DNA of 64,000 bases from Candidatus Latescibacterota bacterium. Lineage in GTDB: Bacteria > Latescibacterota > UBA2968 > SICM01. The stretch spans positions 320,001-384,000 of the forward strand of contig CBDCJO010000002.1 in NCBI GenBank assembly GCA_965217865.1, given 5' to 3'. Shown in pieces: positions 34,715 to 46,695 of the stretch. Each line of letters begins with the position of its first letter. The first letter of the stretch is position 1. Below the pieces are notes generated by a model, which saw nothing but the letters and a program-made list of their open reading frames with translations, did not search any database and was not told where the DNA came from. The position numbers and the translations under genes were made by a program.

Positions 34715-37700
34715 TTATCCACTGGCTCCTCCGTTCTCGTCGAGGAGGTCCTTCAGCTGTCGGTACCCTCGCTCGCCCAGCCGGTTGATGAGGCGGCGGG
34801 CGCGAGCCTGAGTGTCAGAGTTGCCAGCCTTGAGGATGTGCGCTAGGAACCGCTTTACGTCCTCCACAGGTACGTGGGGATAGTCAGCCCGTAACTCCGC
34901 AAGCAGCACCGCCTCAGCGATCGAGAAGGTCTCGTCCGGATTAGCTTGAGCGAGCGACAGCATTCGGTTCCACCGTAAGTACATCTGAAGTTGACCTTGT
35001 GCCAGACGTGCGGTTCGAAGGCCAAGCCGGACGATGTCCGTATCGGGGATGTACGGCGTATGGAAGAGCCATTCAAGCTCCTTTGCTTCCGCCACCGTTG
35101 CTGCTGAATCCAGGTTCGCCTCGAGCTGAGAGACCCTCCACTCCCACAGCCTGACGAGCCTTGGACGGCATCCGTCGGCGGAGGGTCGTCCATGTCTGAC
35201 CAAGCACGGAAGATCATCCAGTAGGCCCGGCCCCAGTCCGAGGGGACGAGTTTGTCGTATGCCGTCTCCAGTAGCGCATCCTTGTCACCAACAGACACAA
35301 GGCCACGCACTACGGTTACCATCAAATGCTCCGCATAACTCTGGGTAATCTCCCTGGAAACGCCGGAATTGCCGGCAGCTTCCCGCCATACCACAGCCTT
35401 TTCCGCCGCTCTCACGTACCAAGGCCGCGTCGCGCGAAAAACCTCATCGTACAGGCGACCTCGGGATATGTAGGTCGTCCAGGTTGGCCACGAGGCAGGA
35501 TCCTCCAGGCCACGTTCAAATAGGTCAGCGGCATGAGCCTCAATCCACTCCGGGGCCAGTAAGTGCAGCTGGGGAACGTAGTCTCCCAATACAGCTCGGA
35601 GAACCGCAGCGTTCGGCCCGTCATCCTGCAGCGTACCGTCGAGCAGCGGCACGAGTTGCTCCTGGACCGCAACGCGCGCAGCACCCGCAGCCCCGTCCGA
35701 GGCTGGCTGTTCGTCGCTGAGCAGAGACCGGTAGTCCCAGAGGGCCGCTGAGATGACGGCGTTGGCAACGTGGCCCGCCGCATCGTTGAGTTTCGCCATA
35801 ACTACTGACGCCAGTGACTTGTCAGTGCTGTGGGGTATCTCCCATATCGCGGGCGCGGTCATTGCTTCGGCGAGGATCCCCCAGATTTCACCGGCGCACC
35901 GATGCGCAACAGAGTTCCTATTGCATCCTTCCCCGATGAAGCGGGCGGCACTGCCCGCGGTCCTGCGCCAGTGGCCCACGCGGGTACCGTCGCCTAGATC
36001 AAGGGACCGCACCCGGCTCAGGATGCCCCGCACAACTTCCATCGCAGCCGCCCAGTCGAGTTCCGAACCGGCTCTGGCTGCCTCGCCCAGGCCGTCCACG
36101 ATCCCCTCAATCGCTCTCGGATCCGCGCCCTGCTCGACCGCGCCACTCAAGACCTCCAAGGCCGTCCCTGCGTTCTCCTTCGCATACGTCATCAGCGTTC
36201 CCTGTAGCCCGAACGACGATCCTATTCCCTCTCCAGGGCTCCACTCGACGAGCAGCGCCACGATCTCGCCGACCGATGACTGCCCGAGTTCTTCGACGCC
36301 GAAAGGAGATTCGTCATCGAGCCAGGCGCCACTCTCAACAGCACCACTTGCCCCAACCTCTGCCATCTCTTGATCGTAGCGTGATGGAATGACACCGAGG
36401 ACGCCAAGTCGTTCCGCAAGATCACGAAGCTCCTCGGGGATGTCGCCACGGAAGAAGGTGAGGATACGGCGCTGGTAGCGGCGAATGTAGTCGTTGATCT
36501 CCTCTTCCGTCACGGTAATGGTTGCCTCTTGGTTCGGACCGGCTTCCACCGCCGCAGCATATTCCTTCCTTACCTCCGGGGCTGCGTTACGGAATTGCGA
36601 CCGGAGCAACACAGCGATCGCGGTCGCCGGGAATCCGGGATCGCGCAGCTCCTTAGACCTGAGGATTCGGTTGACTCGCTCCGGGAGATGCCGGCCGGCC
36701 TCGGATAGCACGAGATAGCCAATCCGCGTCATGAGGTTATCACTGTGGCGCTCGACGAGGTCTATTGCCGCTGTGGCTTCGTCTCGACCCTGGGCAGCAA
36801 GGCGCTGCCCCACTCCAACCGCTGCATCGATGAGCATGGACACCACGTCATCGCGGTCCGAACGAGCCCCCGACTCGGTATCAATCGGTCGCCATAACAC
36901 GTTGGGCCCTAGCTGGTCAGTAAGCCTTTGCACGCCCCGGACCTTCGATAGCAGGAACGCCAGAGTTCTTGTAGCATCTAGAGCTTCGAGCGCATCCACG
37001 AGGCGTCCTAGGAGCTCAGCGTAGTCGTGCCAGCCGAAACGCGGGAAAACCCAGTGGGTCCGCACACGGAAGGATAGTCCTTCCATTTCCTCCGTCTCAC
37101 TCGGACACGCGACTCGGAGGAGATAAGTTGCGAGGTCGAATGCCGCCTCTATCTGTTCCGTCTCGGCGAGCCAGACCAGAAGATCCACCACGCTCTCACT
37201 GAAGATCCTCGCCGATGTTGCCGGTACAGTCTTGAGGGCGTTCGTTAGAGTTGGAACAATGCATGCGGCCAGACCGGGAGGAAGATGGCGGCTGGCCTTA
37301 GCCACGACATCCCACACGAAGGGGTTATCGTTCGTCAAAGGAATTGAATTCAAAGTCTCCAGCACTGCCGCCGGTTCATCAGCTGCAGCTAACACGAGGT
37401 AATTGCCTTCAGGCCATGGCTTGGGGCTCCACGAGCCATCAGCGTTCTGCTGCCGGCCTGGCGGGCTCGTGAAGAAGCCCTCGGCCGCGAGGTACTTCAC
37501 CCACCCCGGGTTTCTTAGCTGTTGGAAGAAGTAGTTCCGCTGTCCATGACGGAGCTGAAGGTCACGGAGTCGCTTCGCGTGTTGACTGTTGGGGGTCTCG
37601 ACCTTGAGTAGCTCGTCCAACTCGGCCTCGGTTACGTAGTACGGCGCCACGCGGCCGTACAACAAGCTGGTGAATCTCTCAATAGCTTCGCGCACAGCAA

Positions 37701-38112
37701 TCGCCTGCGGGCCACCGAATCGCCAGTGGGCAGCACTTGAGAATTGTCTTACGAGGTGCAACCACTCATCAACACGCGGGTCATCAGTCTCCAGCCCCAG
37801 AGCCTCTGCGATGCGCGGTCGGTTGCGTTCGTTCGAAGACACGCTCTCTTCGGCAGCAACCTCCAGACCCTCATCCCTCAACAGGAGTTGCAGGACCCCG
37901 CGTGAAAGCTCACGCCCAGCGTGAGCGACTAGATAGGCGTTTCCAGGCTGATCGATCTGACGTGCCAGCGCGAGCCCGCGTTCGTATAGGCCCGCGAGGT
38001 GGGGATCTAGGAGCCGAAGCTCCCCGGCCGTTTCCCGTTCTCGGAGAGTGAGCCAGTCTTCTCCGTCCTTAGGCGTCTCGGGTCGCGGCAGATCGCCGCG
38101 TGTCTCGTCCAT
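34715..38112 (-). pseudogene. Large helical hypothetical protein (~1130 aa) with one frameshift near 35165
   Basis: ORF 34855..38154 continues in ORF 34715..35203. GGGGAGG RBS before MDETRG. Confidence 0.65.
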
Positions 38113-38269
38113 AACCTCCCCACCAACAAGACCGGCAGCGTCGCCGGGTCTCATAGATCTCCGAGCAATAGATCACGTCGCGTGGATGACCCCCCCTCCA
38201 CTACTTTTTGTTCGGGGTCATTACCTGCGCCAGTCGACGCACCTCGACGTACAACAGCAGTTCGTCGTC

Positions 38270-40540
38270 TTGCGTAATAAATCGTAGTTGACGCTTGTCA
38301 CTCCAAAATCCGGCTCGCGCTGAAAGGGTTCACGAACGTAGTGGACCTGATGCCGGCCGTCGTCCTGGAACTCCACGATCCCGAGGATGAAGGCCTCGGG
38401 CTTGTTCAGTGAGTACAGAACCTCGTTGCGCGTGACGGTGATCGTTGACGCGCCGCTAACCCGGCCCTTGACCTCGATGAATCGAAGCTTGCCCGTGTCC
38501 GGCACCCGGCTTTCGATGTCGTACCCCAGTTTCTCGAACTCCCGGTCCGCCGGGTCAAATCCAAGGCTCCGCTCGACATCCATAATGATGTTGCGCGCCC
38601 GGGCGGCCGATTCCTGCGTATCCACGGCCGTTCTTGTGCCCGCCGGTTCACGCCCACTCATTTCATCGATGAGCCCCTTGGGCACGACCAGCAATCCTCC
38701 CAGCACCACCGGTGGAAGAGGGGAGATTTGTGCCTCAAGCTGGAGTTCCTCAAGCCGTTTCTGTAGACGTGTTTGCAGCGAGTCCGCGCGCTTGCGGGCC
38801 TCACCTGAATTGAGCCTCGCTCCGGTCTTGCCCGCCTGCTCCTGCAGTTTGAGTTGCTCGGCCCGATGATCCCAGTAGGCGATCTCCTTGGTGAGACGGT
38901 CCTTTACGGCCACTACGGTCTTGGTGATCAACGCCAACTTCGCATCGCGCACTTCCGCCAAATGCTCCGGGACCACGTTCGCAACAGCGTAGCCCTGCGC
39001 CTTCCTTTCCACATCCCGGTCGATCCACGCGCACTGCGGCCGCTCGAGGATCTGTTCCAGACCGGGATCGTCTTCACCGAGCGGCCGATAGTCGAGGTAG
39101 GGCGCATAGTGCACATGGCGGGTCACGCCATCCGCATCCAGTTCCACGTACAGCATACGCTTGGAGATGATCCGGCGATCCCCCGAGCGCGTCAGGCTCG
39201 CATCCTGGATCGCGTGCTCAAGATAGAAGAGCACGCGCGGTTTGTCGCCCTCGTCACGCTCGTCGACCAACACGGCGCCCCGTTTCAAGAGATCCCGGTG
39301 TCGTTCCAGCGTCAGGTCGATGACCGCATCCAGCAATGGGTGCCCGGGACACACAAACGCCGCCGCCGGCTGTCCTTGCGGCGCCACCAAAGACTTCTCG
39401 AAGGCGATGCGCTCGTACCGGCGAAGGACCGGGTCTCCAATACCCATCAACCGATCTCGATTCCGAACGGGTGCGGGAACGTGGGTGATCTCGTAGCGAC
39501 TCGCCTCACGCTGTTTGGCGGAACCGCCCAGGCGTTGGAACGCCTCCCGAAAGAACGACTCGATGTAGTGCGGTTGTAGACGGCGGGCTTCGCTCCGCTC
39601 CATTTCCTCGCGTATTCGGTGCACTCGGCTCGCGTCCATGGCGTCGACCGCCAGGGCGCTCTCTTCCAGGAGGTCCTGAAGCCTGCCGCGGTCCAGGGCA
39701 TGATCGACCGTCGTCGTGAGGCGCGCTCGAACCTCCGGCTGTTCCCCGTAGCGAATTGCCTCGACCAGGAGTTCGCGAAGGGGCCGCCCCTCGAAGTGGA
39801 GCTTGCCGCGCCTGTTCCAACTTGTCGAGGAGCTTGCGATAAACGTCGCCCTCCCTCGTTTCATCCGCGACCAGGTTCCAGAGGTGACACACTTCCGTCT
39901 GGCCGATGCGGTGAATCCGGCCGAACCGTTGCTCCAATCTGTTGGGATTCCAGGGCAGATCGTAGTTCACCATCAGGTGGGCGCGCTGGAGGTTGATGCC
40001 TTCGCCGGCCGCATCCGTGGCGAGCAGCACCTGCACGTGCGGGTCGTGGCGGAAGGCTTCCTGGGCCTTGAGCCGGTCCTCGCGGCCCATGCCGCCGTGA
40101 ATCCGAACAACCGACTCCTCACGTCCCAGCAAGGTCCGGATGCGCCTGTCGAGGTAACGCAGCGTATCCCGGTGCTCGGTGAAAATGACCAGCTTTTGCT
40201 TCGGAGACGGGGCCGGCCGGGGAATCTTGCCGGCACCGGGAACGTCCACCTCCGTGATTTGTCCGGCGAGCCCACCTGCTGTGAAGATTTCACCGAGCAG
40301 GCTGGCCAGCTCTCGCCATTTGGTGTCCGTGCCGCTTCGCCGCAGTTCAAGCGCAAGACCTTCCAGATTCTTGAGCGTCTCAATCTCAGCCCTCAGCTCG
40401 GCGATTGATCGCGCCGCCGTCGCCCGGTCGAGAATGTCTTCCTCGGCCGCCTCGACTTCATTTTCGGGGGCCTCGTCCAGATCCTCGACATCCTCCGGGT
40501 CGAGCTCCGGTCCCACGGCGGCAAATGCGATGGCGTTCCG
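38270..40540 (-). pseudogene. SNF2 helicase with C-terminal DUF3883 (DrmD-like), truncated at both ends with an internal deletion
   Basis: [52 protein letters not shown]. Frame switch at 39799-39807. Confidence 0.88.
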
Positions 40541-40635
40541 GTCGCGGCCCGTTGGATGGCGGCGAGGTTCGAGGTCTTGAGATCCGCCTCGACCTTCCAT
40601 TGCTGTTCTCAGTACCGGGCGTCCTCCCCGTCCCT

Positions 40636-40702
40636 AACTGGCAGATCTTCGACGGGATCCTCTACGTGCTGCGCACGGGCTGCCAGTGGCACGCCCTGAG
40701 GG
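40636..40702 (+). mobile_element. IS5-family transposase micro-fragment
   Basis: DGILYVLRTGCQWHAL. Confidence 0.7.
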
Positions 40703-40804
40703 CCTCCGGCTTCGAGGGAATACGACCGTATTCAACCGGAGTGCGCCGATTTACATCAGCAAACGACACCGGGATCGTTTCAATTCTGTTCCGGAGACAA
40801 GATC

Positions 40805-40905
40805 CTACGCTTCTTGACCGGGTCACTGTTTGAGGACAGTTGATCCATCTTTACACCTCCTGCTTGCCCCCGTTTTTTCGGGCGATCTCAGAAAAAAGAT
40901 AACAT
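40805..40905 (-). mobile_element. Left-end fragment of the IS3 at 4668, internally deleted
   Basis: The reverse complement matches 4668-4710 joined to 4780-4840. Confidence 0.75.
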
Positions 40906-41910
40906 CGCAAAGGCCCGGACCCGCTGGAAGGCGTACAAACAGGAGAAACGGACGCGTTTATCCTGGCGGATGCGGCCCATGGCTACGGACAATGACAGGG
41001 CCTGATCCCCGGGCAGGCAGATGCGAAAAAACGTTTGTGAAATACGGCAGAAACGACAAGACCCCGAAGGGTTGCCCCACGGGGTCTTGCGTTTGACGAC
41101 CGCCGAAGTGGCGGATGAGAATATGACTCCCCAACTGATCCTATCTTTAGAACCCTTCTCTGTTCGTCAGTCGTAACATGCTGTATTGAAAGGAGATGTC
41201 GTAATAACACCCGCACCGCAGAGTCGGAAGCCATGTCAAGACCGATTTACCTTTTGGACTGATCAGGGCGCAATCACAGGGCAAGCAATGCGCAAGCGGC
41301 AACGGGAGCACGGGTAGTACATCGTCATTCACACGCCGGAGGCGAGATTGTAATTGCAACAACCCTTGAAAGGACATATATTTTTTGCTAACGCTCATCT
41401 TGCAGAATGAAGCCGGAGAGGAGCATGATCGACGGCGCTTGCTCCTGATCGTGCACAAGGAAGGTAGCCGGTGCGGTCCTTGAGTTCGTCGCCTCGACCT
41501 GCGAGGAAAACCTTCAGAACCGGCTCGCGCTGCTCGGCGAGCGGCCCACCGGGGACCTGATCGAGCAGAAAGTTTCACTTCGGCTGTTGCGGCACCTCGC
41601 GTCCTCGGTTCGCCACCAGCAATACCATGACACGGATATCGTGAAACCGTTCCGCGTTCAAGCCCCGAATAGCTCTTGGCACCCCTTTTACGGCTCGTAG
41701 CCCTCTGAGGGCTCCGCGCGAGTAGCCGGGGCCTGAGTGCCTAAGAGAGAGCCGTTCCTGGGGCTTCCTGCGGCGCTTTTGGCAGAAGATTTATCCACAG
41801 GACCCTGTGATCCGAGGGAGTTTTCCACGGTGAAAGCGCATACTCTTACAAAGTAGTTAAAGAACAAGTAAAAAAAGGACACCACGCACAGGCTTGACAA
41901 CCAAGCCTGA

Positions 41911-41938
41911 AACCGTCCACGAAACCGGGGTAACTCCA
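41911..41938 (+). mobile_element. Solo IS3 right end
   Basis: AACCGTCCACGAAACCGGGGTAACTCCA matches 18077-18104. Confidence 0.75.
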
Positions 41939-41978
41939 CCACAATATCCCACGAGAGCAAAAGGAAGAAGAGAGCTAT

Positions 41979-43955
41979 ATGGCCGATACCAAGGCCTCTG
42001 AAGTAGCGCTCTTGTTTGTTGGCGAACAACGCGCCGCCGCTGAAACGCTGACGCGGGAGCTGCAACGTCAGGGGGCAGTAGTCTTTTGCGACTACTTCGA
42101 GAACACGGAGCTGGCGCCACGCATTGCGGAAGAAGATCTGCATGCAGATCTGGAACGAGCGGAGGTCGTCGTCCTGTTGGTGTCCAGACAATACGTCGAC
42201 CGAGCATGGAAACGAGACGAAAGGCACTTGATTCTCTCTGAGATTTCCGAACGGGGGGGCGCTGTCGTGCCGCTGTGCTTCGATGACACCCCTGTTCCGG
42301 CCGGACTGCCTCCGGGCACTGATTGCCGGGGAGCCGACGATTATGCGCTAACGCAAGTAGCCGAAGACATCGGCGAGAAGCTCTTTAGCCATGAGGCAGA
42401 AGGTAGGGGTACTGGTGCGGCTCAAAATCCGCATCTGACGGCTCTGACAGGCGAGGCGGTGTGGTTGGACTACGATCATGCCGAGCGGTTCGTTATCGGA
42501 CGAGGCAACCTCCAGTTCGAGACGAGGTGGAGCAAATGCAATGCCACCAGCATCCATGTCTACAATGATGCACCGTCGATCGAGGGAGTGGCACTGGCCT
42601 CGGGATATACGTCGATAGAGCAGATCATAGACGCGCGGTTCCTCGACTACAGGGGCCGTACGCGGCGACCACGCGAGGGGGAGATCGTCGTATTCCGTAA
42701 CGTCAATGGCTTTTACGCCGCGGTGCAGGTGCTGGACGTCAAGGATGACACGCGGGGAGACGACGTCGACGAGCTTCGCTTTCGATACGTCATTCAGCCC
42801 GATGGCTCAGACGACTTCGGTGGGGACATGTGCGTGGATTCGGTTCGGGTGCGGGGGTTCCGCTCTCTTCGGTGTGTGGAACTGTGTGAGCTGGGGCGCC
42901 TAGTAGTCATGATTGGGCCTAACGGATGCGGCAAGTCGAACGTCATCTGGCTCTTCGAGATGATGCATCACATGCTGAGATTCCGCCGTTTGGCGGATTT
43001 CGTGGGCGAGCACGGTGGCGGGGACGACCAGTTGTTCAACGGTAGCAAGGCAACGCCGCGCATTGAAGTAGAAGTGACTCTAAGGGTCGGAGCAGCGGAC
43101 TACTACGACTATCGGTTTGCGCTTAGATACGGGAACGACGATCGGCTGCTGCTCGCGGACGAAGCCTACCGGTTGCGTGATAGGGAGCTTGGAGATACGG
43201 ACTGGCAACTGATCGAGAGCAGCAAGGGGGCCGTTGAGGCGGGGTTGGTCGCGGTGGGCCACCAGGTCCGTCCCGCGACCATTCACTCGCGCGTGGCCAG
43301 GAACATCGTGCATCTGCTTGGAGGGTGTCGGGCCTACCATTTCCATGACACCTCAAGAAACTCGGGGTTCAAGAAACCTTGTGATTTCCAGGACCATCAA
43401 CGGCTGGCAACCGACGGCCACAATCTGGCTGCGGTGCTGTTACATCTGGAGCGAGAGGACCGCCCGAGGTACGAATTAATCTGCCAGCACATTGGGCGAG
43501 TGTTGCCAGGTTTTGATCGCTTCGATCTTCACGAGGGCCAGGGTAAAGTCGCGTTGCGATGGACGTCAACTAACGGAGGCAAGACATTCGGGGCCCATCT
43601 GACATCGGACGGGTCGTTACGGTTATTTGCGCTCGTAACGTTGTTGAACCTGCCGTGCGAATTGCTTCCGACCGTCGTGTTTCTCGACGAGCCCGAGCTT
43701 GGACTGCATCCGGCGGGCGTTGCTCTGGTTGGAGGGATGATCAAGGCCTTGTCTTACAGGAGGCAGGTTGTGGTCGCGACGCAGTCGCCATTGCTCCTAG
43801 ACGCCTTCGATATGGATGAAGTGATAGTGTTGGAAGCGGACAGCAACGGCACACGGGCTCGCTCGCTCGCCACGGAAGATTACGAAGAGTGGCTTGATGA
43901 AGGGTTTCTGCCCAGCGAACTGTGGCAGAAGAATGTGCTTGGAGGGCGCCCTTGA
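41979..43955 (+). CDS. TIR-domain / unknown beta domain / ABC-type (AAA_21-like) ATPase fusion
   Basis: N-terminal TIR-like VVLLVSRQYVDRAWKRDE; Walker A GPNGCGKS; signature-like TSDGSLR; Walker B VFLDEPELGLHP; VATQSP. Confidence 0.85.
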   Translation: MADTKASEVALLFVGEQRAAAETLTRELQRQGAVVFCDYFENTELAPRIAEEDLHADLERAEVVVLLVSRQYVDRAWKRDERHLILSEISERGGAVVPLCFDDTPVPAGLPPGTDCRGADDYALTQVAEDIGEKLFSHEAEGRGTGAAQNPHLTALTGEAVWLDYDHAERFVIGRGNLQFETRWSKCNATSIHVYNDAPSIEGVALASGYTSIEQIIDARFLDYRGRTRRPREGEIVVFRNVNGFYAAVQVLDVKDDTRGDDVDELRFRYVIQPDGSDDFGGDMCVDSVRVRGFRSLRCVELCELGRLVVMIGPNGCGKSNVIWLFEMMHHMLRFRRLADFVGEHGGGDDQLFNGSKATPRIEVEVTLRVGAADYYDYRFALRYGNDDRLLLADEAYRLRDRELGDTDWQLIESSKGAVEAGLVAVGHQVRPATIHSRVARNIVHLLGGCRAYHFHDTSRNSGFKKPCDFQDHQRLATDGHNLAAVLLHLEREDRPRYELICQHIGRVLPGFDRFDLHEGQGKVALRWTSTNGGKTFGAHLTSDGSLRLFALVTLLNLPCELLPTVVFLDEPELGLHPAGVALVGGMIKALSYRRQVVVATQSPLLLDAFDMDEVIVLEADSNGTRARSLATEDYEEWLDEGFLPSELWQKNVLGGRP

Positions 43956-44572
43956 TCCGGGTTGCAATCTTGGTGGAGGGGGAGACCGAGGGCGAGTTCG
44001 TCAAGCGAATTCTGTCTGGCTATCTTTGCCAAAGAGGCGTGTTGGTGCAGTACCGTAACCTTCAGGGCAGAGTGAACGTGCACAAGATAGCGCGAGAGAT
44101 GTGTCGCTACTGCAGTTCGTTCAACGTGGTCACGTCTTTAGTCGACTATTATGGGTTCATGAGTAAGAAAGGTGCGACTGTCGTGGATCTTGAGAAGCAA
44201 GTGAAAGCGGAAGTGGGAAATAGGATGCCGGGTGGCGGCACGTGTAAGATCTACCCATACATACAGCAACACGAGTTTGAGGGACTGTTATTCTCCAACG
44301 TAAGAGCATTCGGTCATCTGCCGAATGTGACCGCCGCAACCGTACAAAGTCTGAAGAGGGTCCGCAATCGGTTTCAAACGCCCGAGGACATTAACGACAG
44401 CGATGCTTCGGCACCAAGTAAGATCATCAAGAGAATAATCCCTACGTACCAGAAGGTGGTGGACGGCACATACTTGGCAGAGTGGATCACGTTGGCGAAG
44501 ATGCGCCGAGAATGCAAACGATTTGACACATGGGTGACTTTTTTGGAGTCGCTCGGTGAAGAACCTGACTGA
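43952..44572 (+). CDS. DUF4276 (TOPRIM-like) protein
   Basis: ILVEGETE, VDYYG, HEFEGLLF, PEDIND..APSK. The TTG start overlaps the ATPase TGA. Confidence 0.85.
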   Translation: MIRVAILVEGETEGEFVKRILSGYLCQRGVLVQYRNLQGRVNVHKIAREMCRYCSSFNVVTSLVDYYGFMSKKGATVVDLEKQVKAEVGNRMPGGGTCKIYPYIQQHEFEGLLFSNVRAFGHLPNVTAATVQSLKRVRNRFQTPEDINDSDASAPSKIIKRIIPTYQKVVDGTYLAEWITLAKMRRECKRFDTWVTFLESLGEEPD

Positions 44573-45499
44573 TCTTCCCAGTGCACCGCCTTTCCTCTAT
44601 TCTACACCCCGATCACATTGGGAGCGGCGCTACCCTATTCCGTGCTCCTCCGGCCCTGCGGGTTCAGAGATCGACTTTGTGAAACCGCATGTCCGGGGTT
44701 CTGTTTGCAAGCAATTTCGGCAGGCCGAAAACCACAATATGTGGCAGGTCGTCAGACTCTGTGCGACCAGTACGACACGGGAATCAAAGTGGACTAGGTG
44801 GTGCACGGATACATATCTGTCAACCACAAGTCGGTTCGAGCCCATGCGATACTACCTCGAATGGAGTGTAGACCGCGCGCCCAGGCTGCGGATCGCTGGC
44901 GCCGTAAAGGTCACCCGGGCCGATCACTCTCTCCAACTCGTTGGGAAGGATCACCGGTCCCCTTCGCCGCCAAGGCCAGCGTCAGATACGGTTGAAAACC
45001 CGGGCCGCCACGTCCGCGCACTTTTCGCCTTCGACGATCAGCACCGTCCGTCCGTCGCCGGTCAGCGTCTCGGTGGGCGAAAAGGAACCGCACAGGCTGC
45101 ACGGCTGGTCAGTCTTGACCGTCGACCTGCTCGACAAGACTCTTCATCCCACGAATGAGCGCAGCCACTTCCCGCCGCTCGTCGGTCGCCGCGGCGGTGA
45201 AAAGACCGTGTTTGAAGGCGTTCGTGTTACCGACCGGTGCGCCGGGCGATGCTCCCCCGTGCATCCGGCAACGGCCGTTCGTCATCGCGGGTGACCGGCA
45301 CGGCATCCCGCTTCTCGTCCTGGCACCGCATCTCGGGCTCCGGTGCATGGGCAATCTACTTTGCATGGGGTTGTTCCTCAAATTTCGATCGAATCCCCTC
45401 TCCCCCTCGTAGCCCGTTGTCCGGCAAGATGCTGGGAGGTTGCCCCTGGTCTTCGGGCAAGGGTGAGGAGTTCATCGGAGAGGCAAGCGCTTGCGGGTC

Positions 45500-45850
45500 C
45501 TTCGGAGGACGATCGTCTGAAGAACTGCGCACGACAATCTTGAACAGCGCGTCAGGGATGGCGATGAGCATTTCGTCTTTGTCCGGTTCCCCCAGAAGGG
45601 CAGGCGGCTCATCCAGGCCGACGACCGGCCCTGCGATGATCCAAACTTCGCCGTACAGATCAGCCCAATCTGCCGTCTTGTACTCGAGATCCAGCCAGAT
45701 ACCGGCATTGAACTCCTGGCGCTGGGGCACAGCGTTCAGCATCGTATGGGTGTTCCATTCGGCCTCGGGGCTGATCCTTGCAGCGTGTAACTTCATGCAG
45801 AGGTGGCCACGGACGTACCAGTTGGGATGGGCTTTTCGGAAAGCCATACC
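45500..45850 (-). pseudogene. DNA/RNA non-specific endonuclease fragment
   Basis: RGHL, NAVPQRQEFNAGIW..LE, IIAGPV (NucA-family motifs). Confidence 0.75.
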
Positions 45851-46695
45851 CTGATCCCAATAACGAAAATTGCCCGGGCGGCGCTGCGACCAAGGGACTC
45901 GTGCTCGGCACGGATTTCATCAGCGACGTACTTCTCGTCTCCATTAGAGTAACTCCACCACTCACGCTTCGCCCGAATGTGTTGTCGACAGATGTTGCAT
46001 TACGCACCATCAGCGAGGCACTCACCAAGGCCGCTTGCGCGAGATTGGAACTGGAGTCGAACGAATTGCAGGCCGAGTACCGACCCGCGCTCACCGCCGC
46101 AGGGCGCGAAGGTCGGGAGGCGGAGATCTACTTGTACGATACCTTACCTGGCGGTGCCGGTTTTGCCCAACGCGCAGGGAAACTAGGGTTAACCCTCTTC
46201 GAGGACGCTCTAGAGATTCTCGAGGTATGCCCCGAGGACTGTGATCGGTCGTGCTATCGCTGCTTGCGGAATTACAGGAACAAGCTTGAACACGACCTTC
46301 TTGATCGTCACCTTGGCGCGAGTCTGTTGAGATTTCTCGTTCGTGGAAGCTACCCAACACTAGCTTCGGGTCGGCTGGCATCTTCCACAGACTTGCTCTT
46401 CGAAGATCTCCGCAGACAAGGCCTCGAAGGTGTGACCATTGAACGGAGTTATCCCTTAACGCTTCCCGGATTCGGTGCGGTAACGGCTCCGCTATACGTG
46501 AAACAGGCGACGGGCGCCGAATTCATCATCGGTCTCCATGGACCGCTTACACCTGACGGCCCGCCTGATGCTGCCCTAAGAGAAATTAAGGAGTTTAGCC
46601 CTTCAATTCCGGTATTGCTTTACGACGAGATAGCAGTACGGCGAAACCTTCCGGCTGTTACCAGCCACCTGATTGCGCAAATAGGACAGGTGTAA
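45850..46695 (+). pseudogene. DUF1998 (DrmB/MrfA Zn-binding) helicase C-terminal fragment
   Basis: LYDTLPGGAGF, CPEDCDRSCYRCLRNYRN. Confidence 0.85.
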
